A stretch of DNA of 64,000 nt from Octopus sinensis (Eukaryota): assembly GCF_006345805.1 (NCBI RefSeq), contig NC_042998.1, positions 50,716,001 through 50,780,000 on the forward strand. Reading direction: 5' to 3'. Shown here in pieces: positions 24,381 through 37,950 of the stretch (its first letter is position 1; every line of letters begins with the position of its first letter). The notes under the pieces were generated by a model. That model had not been told where the DNA came from, made no database searches, and worked only from the letters and a program-made list of their open reading frames with translations. A program made the position numbers and the translations under genes.

Positions 24381-24427
24381 AATAAAACTGTCTGAAAGAT
24401 ATTGAATTTGTTGCTGTTGTTATTGTC
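24381..24427 (+). promoter_or_regulatory. Candidate polyadenylation signal
   Basis: AATAAA at 24381-24386 followed about 22 nt later by TTGTTGCTGTTGTTATTGT. Confidence 0.35.
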
Positions 24428-24555
24428 AAATGTTGTTACAATATTTCTTAGTTTATCATTTAAACTGGCCAGATCTAACCTCTCATACCTACCCTACAAT
24501 GTCATTCTAAAAATAAACAATCACATCATCAAAATCTTGAAATGTTTTCTATATA

Positions 24556-24935
24556 GGCACAGGTGTGGCTGTGTGGTAAAAAGCTTACTTCTCAGCCACA
24601 TGGTTCTGAGTTCAGTCCCACTGCATGGCACCTTGGGCAAGTGTCTTCTATTATTACCTCGGGCCGACCAAAGCCTTGTGAGAGGATTTGGTAGATGGAA
24701 ACTGAAAGAAAACATCATATATATGTATATGTTTGTATGTCTATGTTTGTCACCCTGCCATTGCTTGACAACCAATGTTGGTATGTTTACATCCCCTTAA
24801 CTTAGCAGTTCAGCAAAAGAGATTGATAGAATAAGTACTAGGCTTACAAAGAATAAGTCCTGGCATTGATTTCTTTAACTAAAGGTGGTGCTCCAGCATA
24901 GCTGCAGTCAAATGACTGAAACAAGTAAAAGAAAA
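24556..24935 (+). mobile_element. S2 SINE, full length
   Basis: GGCACAGGTGTGGCTGTGTGG head, GAGTTCAGTCCC, CCTTGGGCAAGTGTC, internal TA tract, tail ending GAAACAAGTAAAAGA. Confidence 0.88.
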
Positions 24936-24956
24936 GAAAAAAATACTAGCTCATTC

Positions 24957-25576
24957 ATGGCTGTGTGTTGAGATGCTTGCTTCCCAACTGCAAGGTTCCA
25001 GTTTCAGTCCTGCTGTGTGTCACCTTGGCAAGTGCCTTCACCTGCACCTCAGGCTCACCAAATCATTATGAGTGGATTTGGTTGACAGAAACCGAAAGAA
25101 GCCCATTGTATGTATGCATATATATATATATGGCCAGTGCCGCCTGACTGGCACTCATGTCACTGGCACATAAAAAGCACCATTCGAGCGTTGTAGTTGC
25201 CAGTGCTGCTTCACTGGCTTCCATGCCAGTGGTATGTAAAAAGCACCATTTGAGTGTGGTTGATGCCAGTACCTATTTCTTTATTACCCACAAGGGGCTA
25301 AACACAGAGGGGACAAACAAGGACAGACATAGGTATTAAGTCGATTACATCAACCCCAGTGCGTAACTGGTACTTAATTTATCGACCCTCATGCTGGTGG
25401 CACGTAAATAGCACCCACTACACTCTCAGAGTGGGTGGCATTAGGAAGAGCATCCAGCTGTAGAAATCTTGCCAGAACAGACTGGAGCCTGGTACAGACT
25501 TCTGGCTTCTCAGTCCTCAAGCAAACCGCCCAACTCATGCCAGCATGGAAAGCAGACGTTAAATGATGATGATGAT
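24957..25576 (+). mobile_element. Nested composite: S2 head, RTE 3' tail (25131-25576) in its TA tract, S1 fragment (about 25271-25390, minus) inside the RTE tail
   Basis: Successive matches to the three families; the RTE tail ends in GATGATGAT followed by ATATATAC. Confidence 0.75.
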
Positions 25577-25599
25577 ATATATACATTTATATATATGTG

Positions 25600-25926
25600 T
25601 GTGGCCATGTGGTAAGTAGCTTGCTTACCAACAACATGGTTCCGGGTTCAGTCCCACTGCGTGGAACCTTGGGCAAGTGTCTTCTATAGCCTCGGGCCGA
25701 CCAAAGCCTTGTGAGTGGATTTGGTAGATGGAAACTGAAAGAAGCCTGTCATATATATGTATGTGTGTTTCTCTGTTTGACAACCGATGCTAGTGTGTTT
25801 ACATCCAAGTAACTTAGCGGTTCGGTAAAAGAGACCGATAGAATAAGTATTAGGCTTACAAAGAATAAGTCCTGGGATCGATTTGCTCAACTAAAGGTGG
25901 TGCTCCAGCAGTCAAATAACTGAAAC
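25600..25926 (+). mobile_element. S2 SINE
   Basis: Head GGTTCCGGGTTCAGTCCC, CCTTGGGCAAGTGTC, tail to GGTGCTCCAGCAGTCAAATAACTGAAAC. Confidence 0.85.
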
Positions 25927-25929
25927 ATA

Positions 25930-25976
<47 letters not shown>

Positions 25977-28900
25977 ATACATATGCATGTATATATATAT
26001 GTATGTGTATACATATGCATGTATATATATATATATAGGTATGTATATATATATGTATGCATATATATACATATGTATATATATATATATATATATGTAT
26101 GTATATGGGTCTATATATATATATATCAAGAGACCCATAAAATAAGTACCGGTGGCAATCAAATGACTGCAACAAATAAAAGAGAATACATGATTGAGTC
26201 AAAGGAAATCAAATAAATAAGCATTACATTTGACACAGTAATCTTAATTGTGAAGGGTCAACAACATTTTTTGGCTGACTATATCTTCTATAATCCCAAT
26301 AAGAAATCTGTTGACCTGCTAGAAATAGTAGTTTATCTCCCTTAAATAATGCACTACAGTGATAAACGAAAAAACTCATCTTGAATAATGTAGCCCTTGA
26401 TACACTATTTCTCTTAACAAGAGGTGATAATAGCAGCTGGAATGTTATTGATTATTGGTCTGTTTGTGTTCACCTGGAGCCAAAGAACAACAAACAACCT
26501 CATTTTTAAATAGATACCATACAATGTTACAACGTATCTTCTAAGAAGTTGGACTACCATAAATTTCATGAGTCTCCTTTGATGTTTAGTTTGGTCAGTT
26601 CTGATAAGCAGACTTTTGATCAAAGGCCTTCTATATATACCACCCTATATTTTATATATATATATATATATACCTCTTTTTCTTTTACTTGTTTTAGTCA
26701 TTAGTCTATATGTAGCCATGCTTGGGCACTACCTTGAAGGGTTTTAGTCAAATGGGTCAACTCCAGTACTTCCTTATTATTTTTTTTATTAATAGCCCTG
26801 ATACTTATTCTGTTTGTTGCTTTTGCTGAACCGCTAAGTTAGAGGGACATAAACACACTAACACCGGCCGTCAAGCCATGGTGGGAGGCAAGCACAGACA
26901 TAAAAACACACACACAAGCACACATATATACATACAAGGCTATAGTTGAATACACTTGCCTAAGATGCCATGCAGTGGGAATGAACCCAGAACCATGTGG
27001 TTGGAAAGCAAACTTCTTACTACACAGCCATATTGGACCTTATCCAATATGTCCTACTTTTATGACTGTAGAGAGTGATTTGACTGTTATTTCTAACTTG
27101 AGCATCTTTAATTATGTTGTAGTGCTTTCTTTTTTTATTTCATATTGACAAAATAGTAGAGGAAGAATGGATGAGACCAGTATATTTAAACATTCATTTC
27201 TTAGCCCCCTCAACTAAAGTATGGTTACTTTATTTATTAACTTGGATAAGATAATAGTAAAATCAAATAAGATAAGATAAATAGTAAAGGGAGATGAAAT
27301 AAATACTGCAAAGCATTCTGCCAATTTCTCTCCTTTGAACTATCAAGGTTAACTTAATTAAATTTCTCTTAAATTACCTCCTATCATCTTAAAAGCAAAA
27401 GGACATACTGTCTATGAGGTTCTAAATACAGAAGACTTCAGAAAAAAGCAAGATGAAATGGTTCTGCTCCATCAGTGCTGGCCTGGTGCTACATAAACCA
27501 CTTCTGATTCTTGTTTCTTGTAGTCCTTTCAACATTTAAACCATCCAGGGTAAATGCCAAAGACCTCCTTCGGTCACAAATGACCATGGGATTGCACCCC
27601 AAAAGTCCCTCTCCAAGGCATAAGTCCGGGCATGGTTATTTGTGGAAGATGAGCTGTGTCCATACATTATCAGCCTCCTCTCCCCGTGCCTCTAATGTTG
27701 TCCAAAGGAAAGGCAAAGGTCAATACAGCTTGGCACCAGCGACATTGCAAACAGCCATATCCAGCCCAAAATATTCTACCAGTTTAATGTTCAGACTGAC
27801 CAGATCTGGCCTCTTACACCTACCCAACAATGTCATTCAAAATATAAACAATCACATCACTGAAATCTTAAAGCTACAAGATAATGTATGATTAATTCAA
27901 ATCAGTGTGAATGAATTCACATTACATTTGATAGAGAAATCTGAATGGTAAGGAAACCCGATTCAGCCCCTTTAAATCAAAGAACTCTAATATCAATAAA
28001 CCAACAAGCATGCCTGCCTGCCTTTTTGCCATGGTCCTGGATAATGATAGAAGTATGTCCCTCCATAAGTTTGTTTACCTAATTTTATCAATCTAGTGCA
28101 GTGCTAGTGTTACTAGCCATTCTCAATTAACCAGAAATTCATGAAGTAAGGAGGTAAAGTGTGCTAATTTTGGTATTTACCTACAGCACTAGATGTCAGA
28201 TTGACAGTCATGAGAGCACTGGATAAAATGTTTTGCAGTATTCTGGTACCTTATATTCTGAATTCAAATCCAATTGACATCAACTTTACCTTCATTCTTC
28301 CAAAGTTAATAGATCAAGTACCAGTTTTAAGCAGTAGAAAGGCAAAATTGTTAAAGCATCAGGCAGGGTACCTTGTATTTGTTTAGGATCTTTGCATTCT
28401 GAGTTCAAACTCCAACAAAGCCTTCTTATTAGACACCTAATTTATCATCCAATTTAACATCTACACCTGGTATTTGAAGGCCTTCAGCAGAATCAACTTT
28501 GTTGCAAGCATTTTGGCCTGGTCCGATCTGATTTGATAATAACTTCTTTCCTCACTCCAATATCAGAGGCCCTGTTTATGTATTTTCACAAGATATTTTT
28601 AAAATTTATAAAACTTGAAGCCCTTTTAATTAGATAATTAAAATCTTGACATGGTTGTCCACTTGCCTGTATTTTCCAGCAGGGATTGCCACGAATTTTT
28701 CAAACCAAAATTTGCAACTAGAAAAAGTTAAATCAACTTATAGAATAAAAAAAAACTTTGGAGAACCAAAAGTTGCATGTGAAATGCAGCAGAATTTGAA
28801 AAGATAATGACAATGTTTGACTGTTTGCAATACATGCTTACACTATATGCTTTGTCAGCTTGTATACTGGAAAATATGTTTCTCAGGTCTTTTGCCCCAC

Positions 28901-29988
28901 CCACCTCCATGAATCTGGAATTGTATAGTTGATAATAGTAATATTTCATCCAAAAGAGGCATCTTCTATGCAATCATTGTTTAACTCCAGGTTAGTTCTA
29001 ATCAAGCAGGTATTCTGCATCCTCATGAGAAGTGGAAGCTTTGAGAATAGTTCTTGATGTGTGTCAAATTACCCATAGTTGAAATTTCATAAACATTGAA
29101 AATTTATGAATTTTCATGGGGGTTCTGCCCCCTTTAAGCCATCTGAAATTCAAACCAAACATATTGCATTATACACGCCCTTGTGCATTGAATCTAAATT
29201 CCAAATATCATAAGGATCCATTCAGTAATTTTGGTCCATGAAATTGTATAAAACACACAACATTGCCCTTCTCCGTAGGCTTGGATTTTGTGTTCCAAAT
29301 TTCATTAGGATCGGTGCAGCAGTTTTCAAATGTATAAGTAACACATGAACTCACATGAAGATATTGACTTTTATATAATAGATATGAATATGCACATATA
29401 CATATATGTGTGTGTGTGTGTGTATTATATATATATATACACACACACAAATAAAACGATAAATTGATAGGTACAACTGAGTGGGCAAATAGAAATATGA
29501 GACACCGCCTAGAGCTTTTTTTTATTTTGATAAGCCTGGCACTTATTCTATAAGTTTCTTCTTGTCAGACCAGTAAGTTATGGGGATGTAAATAAACGAA
29601 CAGCAGTTGTGAAGCAGTGATGAGGGAGAAACACAGAGACAAAGTCACACACATACACTTAAATATACACATACATATATATACGATTGATTTCTTTCAG
29701 TTTCTGCCTGAAAAATCCACTGACAAGGCTTTGGTTGGTCTGAGGCTATAGCAGAAGACACATGTGAAGTCACCACACAGTAGGACTGAACCCAGGACCA
29801 TGTGTTTTGGAACCAAGTTTGTTACCATGCAGCCACACTTGCACCAATGTATATATATATATGTGTGTGTGTATGGGTGTATATATGTATGCATGTATAT
29901 GGGTGTATATATATATGTGTACATATTACATGTACACATATATACATCTCGGTCTGTAAATATATATATATATGTATACCTGTATATA

Positions 29989-30405
29989 CTCTTTACTCTC
30001 TTTTACTTGTTTCAGTCATTTGACTGCGGCCATGCTGGAGCACCGCCTTTTAGTCGAGCAAATTGACTCCAGGTCTTATTCTTTGTAAGCCTTGTACTTA
30101 TTCTATCGGTCTCTTTTTGCCAAACCACTAAGTTACAGAGACGTAAACACACCAGCATCAGTTGTCAAGCGATGTTGGGGGGACAAACAGAGACAGACAA
30201 ACACACACACACACACACACACATACATATAGATATACATATATAGGACGGGCTTCTTTTCAGTTTCCGTCTACCAAATCCACTCACAAGGCTTTGGTCA
30301 GCCCGAGGCTATAGTAGAAGACACTTGCCCATGGTGCCACGCAGTGGGACTGAACTCGGAACCATGTGGCTGGTAAGCAAGCTACTTACCACACAGCCAC
30401 TCCTA
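29989..30405 (-). mobile_element. S2 SINE, well preserved
   Basis: All S2 modules are present with few changes. Further copies occur near 5160-5370, 26680-27030, 31935-32098, 32805-33098, 48165-48310 and 50210-50565. Confidence 0.9.
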
Positions 30406-30479
30406 TTATGTGAGATGATAGTTTTACTTTAATAGTTTCAGTAATAATCTGAAACTATTAAAGTGAAAATATCTGACAT

Positions 30480-30714
30480 TACAATAGAGAGATGTTATTG
30501 TTTCACTTTTGACACTGAATACTGAATACTTTTAATACTGAAATAGTGGAGAAGATATGATACTGCTGTGGGCTCGCACTAGGCAAGAAGTTTAAAACTT
30601 TTTGGCTTATGACACTACATGGACCCTTAGTAAGGCATGTGTAAAATTTGAATGAAATTGGTTGTGTAGTTCTCAATTTTTTAGGGATTCACACAGACAG
30701 ACACACATTCTCAT

Positions 30715-30722
<8 letters not shown>
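30480..30722. mobile_element. Possible non-autonomous Helitron/Helentron-like fragment
   Basis: AAATTTGAATGAAATTGG..CACACAGACAGACACACATT..TTTATATATA terminus resembles the 43653-44042 element; similar pieces occur at about 29150-29382 and 31530-31900. Confidence 0.4.
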
Positions 30723-30749
<27 letters not shown>

Positions 30750-30886
30750 TGCCAAGGACCTATGATCTTTTAAAGGATGTTTGCTGTAGGGATAAGAATT
30801 TCATATTATATTGATTTGAATATCTTTGAATAAACTGATGCCTATTTGTCAATTTCTCTATTTTCTTCTTTTTCTCATATATATAT

Positions 30887-31188
30887 CAACATCATCATCA
30901 TTTAACATCTGCTTTTCATGCTGGCATGGGATGGACGGTTTGATTGAAAACTGATAAGCCAGGGAGCTGCAGAAGGTCCTGCTCTGATTTGGCAAGGTTT
31001 CTGCAGCTGGATGCCCTTCCTAACACCAACCACTCCGAGAGTGAGTGTAGTGGGTGCTTCTTACTTGCCACCAGCATGGGTGCCATTGACCTGACACTGA
31101 CTTGGCTTGACAAGTCTACACAAACACAGTACCAAAGGTCTTGGTCACCTGTCACAGCCTCATGGGGCCCAATGCTCGAGTGGTGCTT
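30887..31188 (-). mobile_element. RTE 3' tail flanked by (TA)n on both sides
   Basis: CATCATCATTTAACATCTGCTTTTCATGCTGGCATGGG..CAGCTGGATGCCCTTCCTAACACCAACCAC. Confidence 0.8.
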
Positions 31189-31208
31189 ATATATATATAT
31201 ATATATGT

Positions 31209-31516
31209 GGAGGCGCAATGGCCCAGTGGTTAGGGCAGCGGACTTGTGGTCGGAGGATCGCAGTTTCGATTCCCAGACCGGTCGTTGTGTGTGTTTATTG
31301 AGCGAAAACACCAAAAGCTCTAGGAGGCTCCAGCAGGGGGGGGGACTCCTGTTGAACTCTTTCACCCCAACTTTCTCTCACACTTTCTTTCTGTTACTTG
31401 AGTAATACTGCGATGGACTGGCATCCCGTCCAGTTAGGGGAAACACATATGACACAGAAACCAGGAAACTGGGCCATGAGTCTGGCTAGGCTTGAAAAGG
31501 GTGCATAAAAAAAAAA
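31209..31516 (+). mobile_element. tRNA-derived SINE, family S4, with V-SINE-like motif and poly(A) end
   Basis: A-box TGGCCCAGTGG (31219-31229), B-box GTTTCGATTCC (31263-31273), CTGCGATGGACTGGCATCCCGTCCAG (31408-31433), then an A tail. Confidence 0.75.
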
Positions 31517-33459
31517 TATATATATATATATGAGCAAAACGTCCCCCTGTCCAATGGACAGTGCTGAGTTGGCAAACAATTAAACCAAATTTTCTCAAAA
31601 CAACTTGTCTGACTGTCCCATAGGCCTCCTCTTTGAGAAACACTGAATTAACCTAAATTTGAGACACCAACAAAAGGAGAAATAAAGATAGACTTTTTTT
31701 TTATTCCAAAGAAAAACGATTTTATTCACTTTATCGATCGCATTCTCACCTGGAATCGATTTTTGTAATTTTTTCAAGACTTATACACACCCTGATACCG
31801 TTGGTATCTACATATCAAATTTGAGCGCAATCAGATGGAGGATGCCCGAGATTCTAGAGGCCACACACACACACACACAACGGATTCTATATAAGATACA
31901 TACATATATATAATATATATATATATACATGTATACAACAAGCTTCTTTCAGTTTCCATCTACTAGATCCACTCACATGGATATGGTTGGCCCAATGTTA
32001 TAGTAGAAGACACTTGCCCAAGGTACCATGCAGTGGGACTGAACCTAGAACCATGTGGTTGGAAAGCAAGCTTCTTACCACACAACTATGCCTGTGCCTC
32101 TGTTTATAAACAAATTCCTGACTGAAAGTAACACATCCTATGTTTGAATCAACATATAGACCTACTACATATGTATTTTACCTACCTGTGAGGAATATAA
32201 AGTAAAGGTGACTCTAAAAGGAGTTGAATTCAGAGTATATAGAGCTATGATTATATGCAAAATCATTATAAAGGAAAAAAAAAAGAAGAAAAGAAGTTCC
32301 CTTTGCTCTTGAGCAATTTTGTAACCGTCTATTGTTAAAAAAATGCTTATTCTATGATTTCATGAAATTGTATGACTTTGGAAACCTATCTAACCCATAC
32401 TGATATAGAAAAGATGATGTAATGTTTTGACTTCTTTGAATCAGAACAAAGCACTTGTTGGAAAATATCTATTTATAGAATTATTCCAGTAGGAAACAAG
32501 TACAAAAAAGAATTTTGTCCATGAGTTATAGGCAAAACAGAAAATGTACTGTCAGACAAATGATTATGGATTAAATATTTTATTTATAGATTTGTAGCAA
32601 GTGTATATGTTCATAGATCGCCCATTTAGGCTTAAATAGTCTGAAAATGGTTCATACACAGGTTTTCTATTATTGGTGATGTGATGGTCTAATACACTGA
32701 CTGAGTCCACTGTTGAGACTGGATATGTTAAGTGTCCAATCAAATCACATGACAAACTAACCAAGTGCGGCAAAATATTCTCACTCTCTGAAACCTTATT
32801 CTTTTATTTGCTTCAGTCATTTGACTGCGGCCATGCTGGAGCACCACCTTTGGTCGAGCAAATCGACCTCGGGACTTAGTCTTTGGAAACCTAGTACTTA
32901 TTCTATCGGTTCTTTTGCTGAACCCCTAGATTACGGGGACGTAAACACACCACCATCAGTTGACAAATGATGTTCAGGGGACAAACACAGACACACAAAC
33001 ATATACATATATACGACGGGCTTCTTTCAATTTCTGTCTACCAAATCCACTCACAAGGCTTTGGTCGGCCTGAGGCTATAGCAGAAGACACTTGCCCATC
33101 TCTAGATAAGAGAGTCTTTCATGTTTCCGCCAGTGATGTGGGAAGCTTGAGAGAGACAGGAGAGTTATTCTGCAGGTAGCTTTAACATGCTACTTCTATT
33201 GTTGAAGCACATGTCACCAAATTTTAACTGAGTTGAGAAGCTGACTTTGTATATTTTTCTTTATACAGTTATCATCATGATGTAATCAACCAGTTGCTGT
33301 ACTAATTCACTTAGCAGTTGAATAAAATGTGGCAGTTAATTGCAACTCATTTTCTTGTATTTCATTCCACTGTTTTATATACAACTAATTGGAACCAAGA
33401 ACTTGTAATTATACTAGGTCCAGAAACATACTAACCAACCTGTTAAAGATTTATTATGT

Positions 33460-34112
33460 ATGGGCCTCACAGAGGCAATGACGAAAGACCGAGATCTCTG
33501 GAGATATGCTGTGACTGCGAAAACCCGACAAATAACGCGAGTTCATGGCTGTTTCCTGCACCAGCTTCACATAGAAGCCCCAGCCCATCCAAAGTACCTT
33601 GGACTGCAGAATGGCCTGCTGTGCTTACCTTGGATCGTAGGGTGACCTGCTGTGCTTGAAGAGACCTATTGAGTCAAGTACATCAACATCAAATAAAAAT
33701 CAAATGGAAATTGTAGTCGGATACCTGTGCCGGTGACATGTAAAAAGCACCATCCAAACGTGGCCAATGCTAGCGCTGTCTTAACTGGCTTCTGTGCCGG
33801 TGGCACATAAAAAGCACTATCCAAACATGGCCGATGCCAGTGCCGCCTTGACTGGCTTCCATGCCGGTGGCACGTAAAAAAAGCACCAAGCAATCGTGGC
33901 TGTTGCCAGCCTACCCTGGCACCTGTGCTGGTGACACGTAAAAAGCACCCACTACACTCACGGAGTGGTTGGCGTTAGGGAGGGCATCCAGCTGTAGAAG
34001 CACTGCCAGATCAAACTGGAGCCTAGTGCAGCCTCCTGGCTTCCTAGACCCCGGTCGAACTGTCCAACCCATGCTAGCATGGAAAACAGACGTTAAACGA
34101 TGATGATGATGA
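33460..34112 (+). mobile_element. 5'-truncated RTE-A subfamily copy
   Basis: Encodes GLTEAMTKDRDLWRYAVTAKTR (compare GLTEEMTRDRDLWKYSVREKTR); 3' UTR has four GTGCCGGTGGCAC..AAAAAGCAC-type units and a (GAT)n tail. Confidence 0.88.
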
Positions 34113-34944
34113 CTGGACATTCAGGGTTTTCAAAGGGATGAAAAAACGTTGATCTCAGCAGGATTTGAACTCGGAATCTAAAAATGAACTAAATACTAGA
34201 ATACATTTAATTCTCCACAAAATAATGATTCTGTCAACTTGCTAGCAATAAATAACTTCCCAAATATTGCCATTTTTCTGCAGTCGATAATTTAAAGTTT
34301 TAATCGAAGAAAAGATGAGATAGAAACAATGCAATCTTCTCAGTATTCTTCGAATGATCAGAATATTTAACCTGAATGTTATCTAAAAGGTCACAAGATT
34401 CATTCCAGACTGTTGTATGTACATACACAAATCATCTCTTATTCAAGTTTCAATCAAGGATGGGGAAAACTAGAAGAATAGAAAACTAGACATAAAGAAG
34501 AGAAAGGGAGAAAAAAACCGAACAATATCTAAAACTGACAGCCAATCCAGAAATAGAACAGAGGTTGACAGACAAGAAGAGAAAGAAAAAGAAAAGAAAT
34601 TAAGAAGCTAAATATATTAAAAGATGTTTTTTTCCCCCTATGAAATGTTCAAAAAAATGTCTGCTCAATTGTTTACCATTTGAGTTACTCCCCTTAGCCT
34701 GTGGCATGATAAAGACATTTTTAATGATTTCCAATGACAACAGAGGTAAAATCATTGTTGCAAACGGCAATTATATATATTTTAAAAGAAGCGATGTTAT
34801 TACCAAAATATAGAAACCTTCTTTTACATTCTCAGTTTTTTTGTTTTTTTATCGTTTACACTTATTTATCAGATTGGGAGTTATAGGCACTGCACAAGCT
34901 TTCGTTCTCACTAGCAGCTACCTCCTCTTCTCTTGTGCTATTAT

Positions 34945-35090
34945 TTCCCCATTGAGCAGATTTCAACTACAGGTGTACATTTACAAATCATCTCGGGTGT
35001 AATTCATGTATTTCCAGTCGATTAGACAAGTTGTGTAACAGGATTATATGGTTGATAGCATCAAAAGCTTTTCAACATCGTCATGCATCA
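34945..35090 (-). mobile_element. Degraded LINE RT remnant (CR1/L2-like)
   Basis: With one frameshift reads DVEK(A)FDAINHIILLHNL, resembling the RT motif DLSKAFDxVxHxILLxKL. Confidence 0.4.
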
Positions 35091-37373
35091 TTGAATATAC
35101 AATTTCATTGCAAACCGTTTTTGATTTGTTTTTGCTCTGCTACAATGAGCTTCTTTACAAAAATCTACACTGGAGTGCCATAACCACAACCATTTTTTTT
35201 TTTTTTGGTAAGGTACTCTTAACATAGTATGATTTGTTCATGATCCTTATCCATAACCATAACCATTTTTTTTTTTCTGTGGTAATGTACTCTTAACATA
35301 GTAAGATTTATTGATGATCCTTATCGCCTATCTTCTCCATGAAACAAACACCAAGTGCTAAACAAGAGATCCCCTTCCATGATTATATGACCTGCTAGAA
35401 AAAGCAGTTAAATACCACAGGTTACTGACTTAATTAGAAGAAAGGATACATTAGACAAAGTAGTTCAACACATCCCTTACAAAAATGGTGTAGTCATGGC
35501 TAGAGGGCTTATTTATAAAAAGATTTAATGCATCTTGTAAAATTTCTTCCAACTGTAGCATTGGGTTCAATCCCGCGTTTTGTGACATGGATCTCAAACA
35601 ACAGTTCAGTCATAATTTGATCATGTGCACAAACCAAGATTTTATCCAATAAATGACTGTTAGTTCATGTGATAGTGGTTCATGTGGTTCTTTCCATGAG
35701 CAAGGCCTATAAGTATAGCCAAATTGAGCACCAAAATTTTGGATTGAGTTGTGTCACATTCTCCTAATAAGCTGTTCTCATGGCTGCATATTCAATCAGA
35801 GACGATCAAATGTATATATATTTACTTGATATATACATTAAAAAAAACTACCTCCGTGTTGAGTTGCTAGCAGATTCTTTTTCTGTGTATTGTATTACAT
35901 TATGTAAAAACTAACACTCCCTTTTCTCAAGCTGAGATTCAAAACCGAATATAAGGATTCTTGCTCATCTACTACTGGCCAAACAAGCACGAAAGAAATT
36001 TCTTTGTCCTGTCAAAAGTGATGGATGGTTTTTCCCATCAACCTACGACCTGAACCGTGTCATTTGAAGTCCAAGTGGACAGGAGGTGACCTACGTAGGT
36101 AGGAATTACTCCTGTGGTATGTCTGTCTTTCTAGCTGTCATGACCATTATAAATACAGTCAGACATATGATAGAGACCCATTACCAGGTGAACCGGCAAG
36201 AGACAGCCTTGCACCAGTTAAGCAGCCAATAGAGAACCACATATTCAGTATGAACAATCCAACACAATAACATTCACAGAACATAAACAGACACCACTGA
36301 ATGACCAACGCACACACAGACACAAAACATGCCCGGTTCTACCTCATCATATCAACACAGTATTTTCCCTGTTATTTTCTTCTACACCAACAAGTTGATA
36401 ATGTCATGTAGTGAATTTTTTGATGCATACAACAAGTAAATGCAAGTGTCATTTAAATAAATTATTTAAACCACAATCCAATGCTTTCCCATTGTTTTAC
36501 TTTGATGTCTTTCACATGCTATTTCATTTGCTACCTTAACATCATTTGCTACACCTTTCCCACTACAGTTGTTTCATCTTATTGTTTCCATTAATTGTAT
36601 TGCATGTTTCCTATTAATATAACAAATAAATTATGTTCCAACACATAGAAAAAAGTTACAGAGGTTTAAAATTTGATCATTTTTACCCATCCAGAAAACA
36701 GGATTTGGAAGCAGCCATTTTGTGTGTGATTGCACGTGTTGTCAACTGTAAACAAATGAAATATTGGCGGAATTCTGCTTTATGCATGGCCTCTTGTAAC
36801 TTTTTTATTTTTAGAAATTTTCAGAAAATTTTTGTGAATTTGTATTCTACAAATGGGAATTCATATGATTATGCAAAAAGAAAAATAATTTTTGTGCATT
36901 ATTTAAGGCCTATTCAGATATTGTTTTTAGCACATTTCACAACCACCTCACACTTCATATGTTTTAAGCATTTAATAAGTGAAAAATGACCACGTGGGTA
37001 ACAGCTTGGCTTGTTACTATGGAAACAGGCACCTATATGACTTTAAAAGTTTTATTGATTTATGGCAAAAAATGAATTTCATGTCAATGATTACCATATA
37101 AAACTACACCAATACACCAAATATGAAATCAAGTGGAACAAAAATTGAAGAAATTGAAAAGTGGCAGCCAAACAGGAAAGATACATAGTTTTGCCAATTG
37201 ATGATAAAACTTGCATTCATTTCTATTTTTCTAATAATTAATAATAAAGAAGTTACAAGGATGTGAAGTTACGTAACTTTAGCCGATTGAAAGCCTCCAT
37301 TGTTATGGAGATCAGCACACCCAAAACCTTTATGAGGGGTCTCGACCTGCTAGAAATAGAAGCCAAATTTTCC

Positions 37374-37586
37374 TTAACCCTTTCGTTACAGTATTTATTT
37401 TGAGATGCTCTGTGTTTCATTCAATTAATTTTAAATATAACAAAGAATTTAGTAAAAGAACTTAGTTATCATTAAGCTAGTGTTGGAAACAGATTGTGAC
37501 TAAGGTTTAGTGGAAGATTTTAATTTAATACTTATGAAAACAAGACATTTGTACTACAGAACCAGGGTTGGTGTCAAAAGGGTTAA
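37374..37586. mobile_element. TTAA-flanked MITE (second family)
   Basis: TTAA-CCCTTTCG ... CAAAAGGG-TTAA; a related copy lies at about 22880-23165. Confidence 0.75.
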
Positions 37587-37950
37587 GCTACAATGTAATG
37601 TCAAAAAGTGCAAAAACAGATGAGGCATTGTGTCACAGCACCATTTATTTCCTTGCTCAAGGCAGGCCTAATGGGTTTCTACTTGTTAATTGTTATTAAT
37701 AATTAAATTTCCATGGTTGTGATCATTTATCAAACTCTCAACCATCAAGACATTTACTGGACACAATAGATCAATATTAAATGGATTTTTGTTTTCCTTT
37801 CTGATGACAATATTACATTTTGGTGGTAAAGAAATAATTGGTTAAAAGAAAAAAAGAAATGCAATTGTGAAAATTTGTAAAACTTAAAGCGGTTGGGAAA
37901 AAAATTAACAAGTTCCCACCTATTTCCATAGGCCTCCTCATTCAGTAGCA

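Larger units (their letters stand above)
15850..24410 (+). other. Possible long 3' UTR of pygo
   Basis: U-rich, relatively transposon-poor sequence ending at AATAAA (24381) plus a GU-rich tract. Earlier AATAAA sites (e.g. near 15867, 16151) could end it much sooner. Confidence 0.3.

Noticed and set aside
31209-31285. tRNA genes at SINE heads (also 47230-47306 and S1/S2 heads)
   Set aside because: A and B boxes are present but there is no complete cloverleaf or acceptor stem, and each continues into a SINE body.
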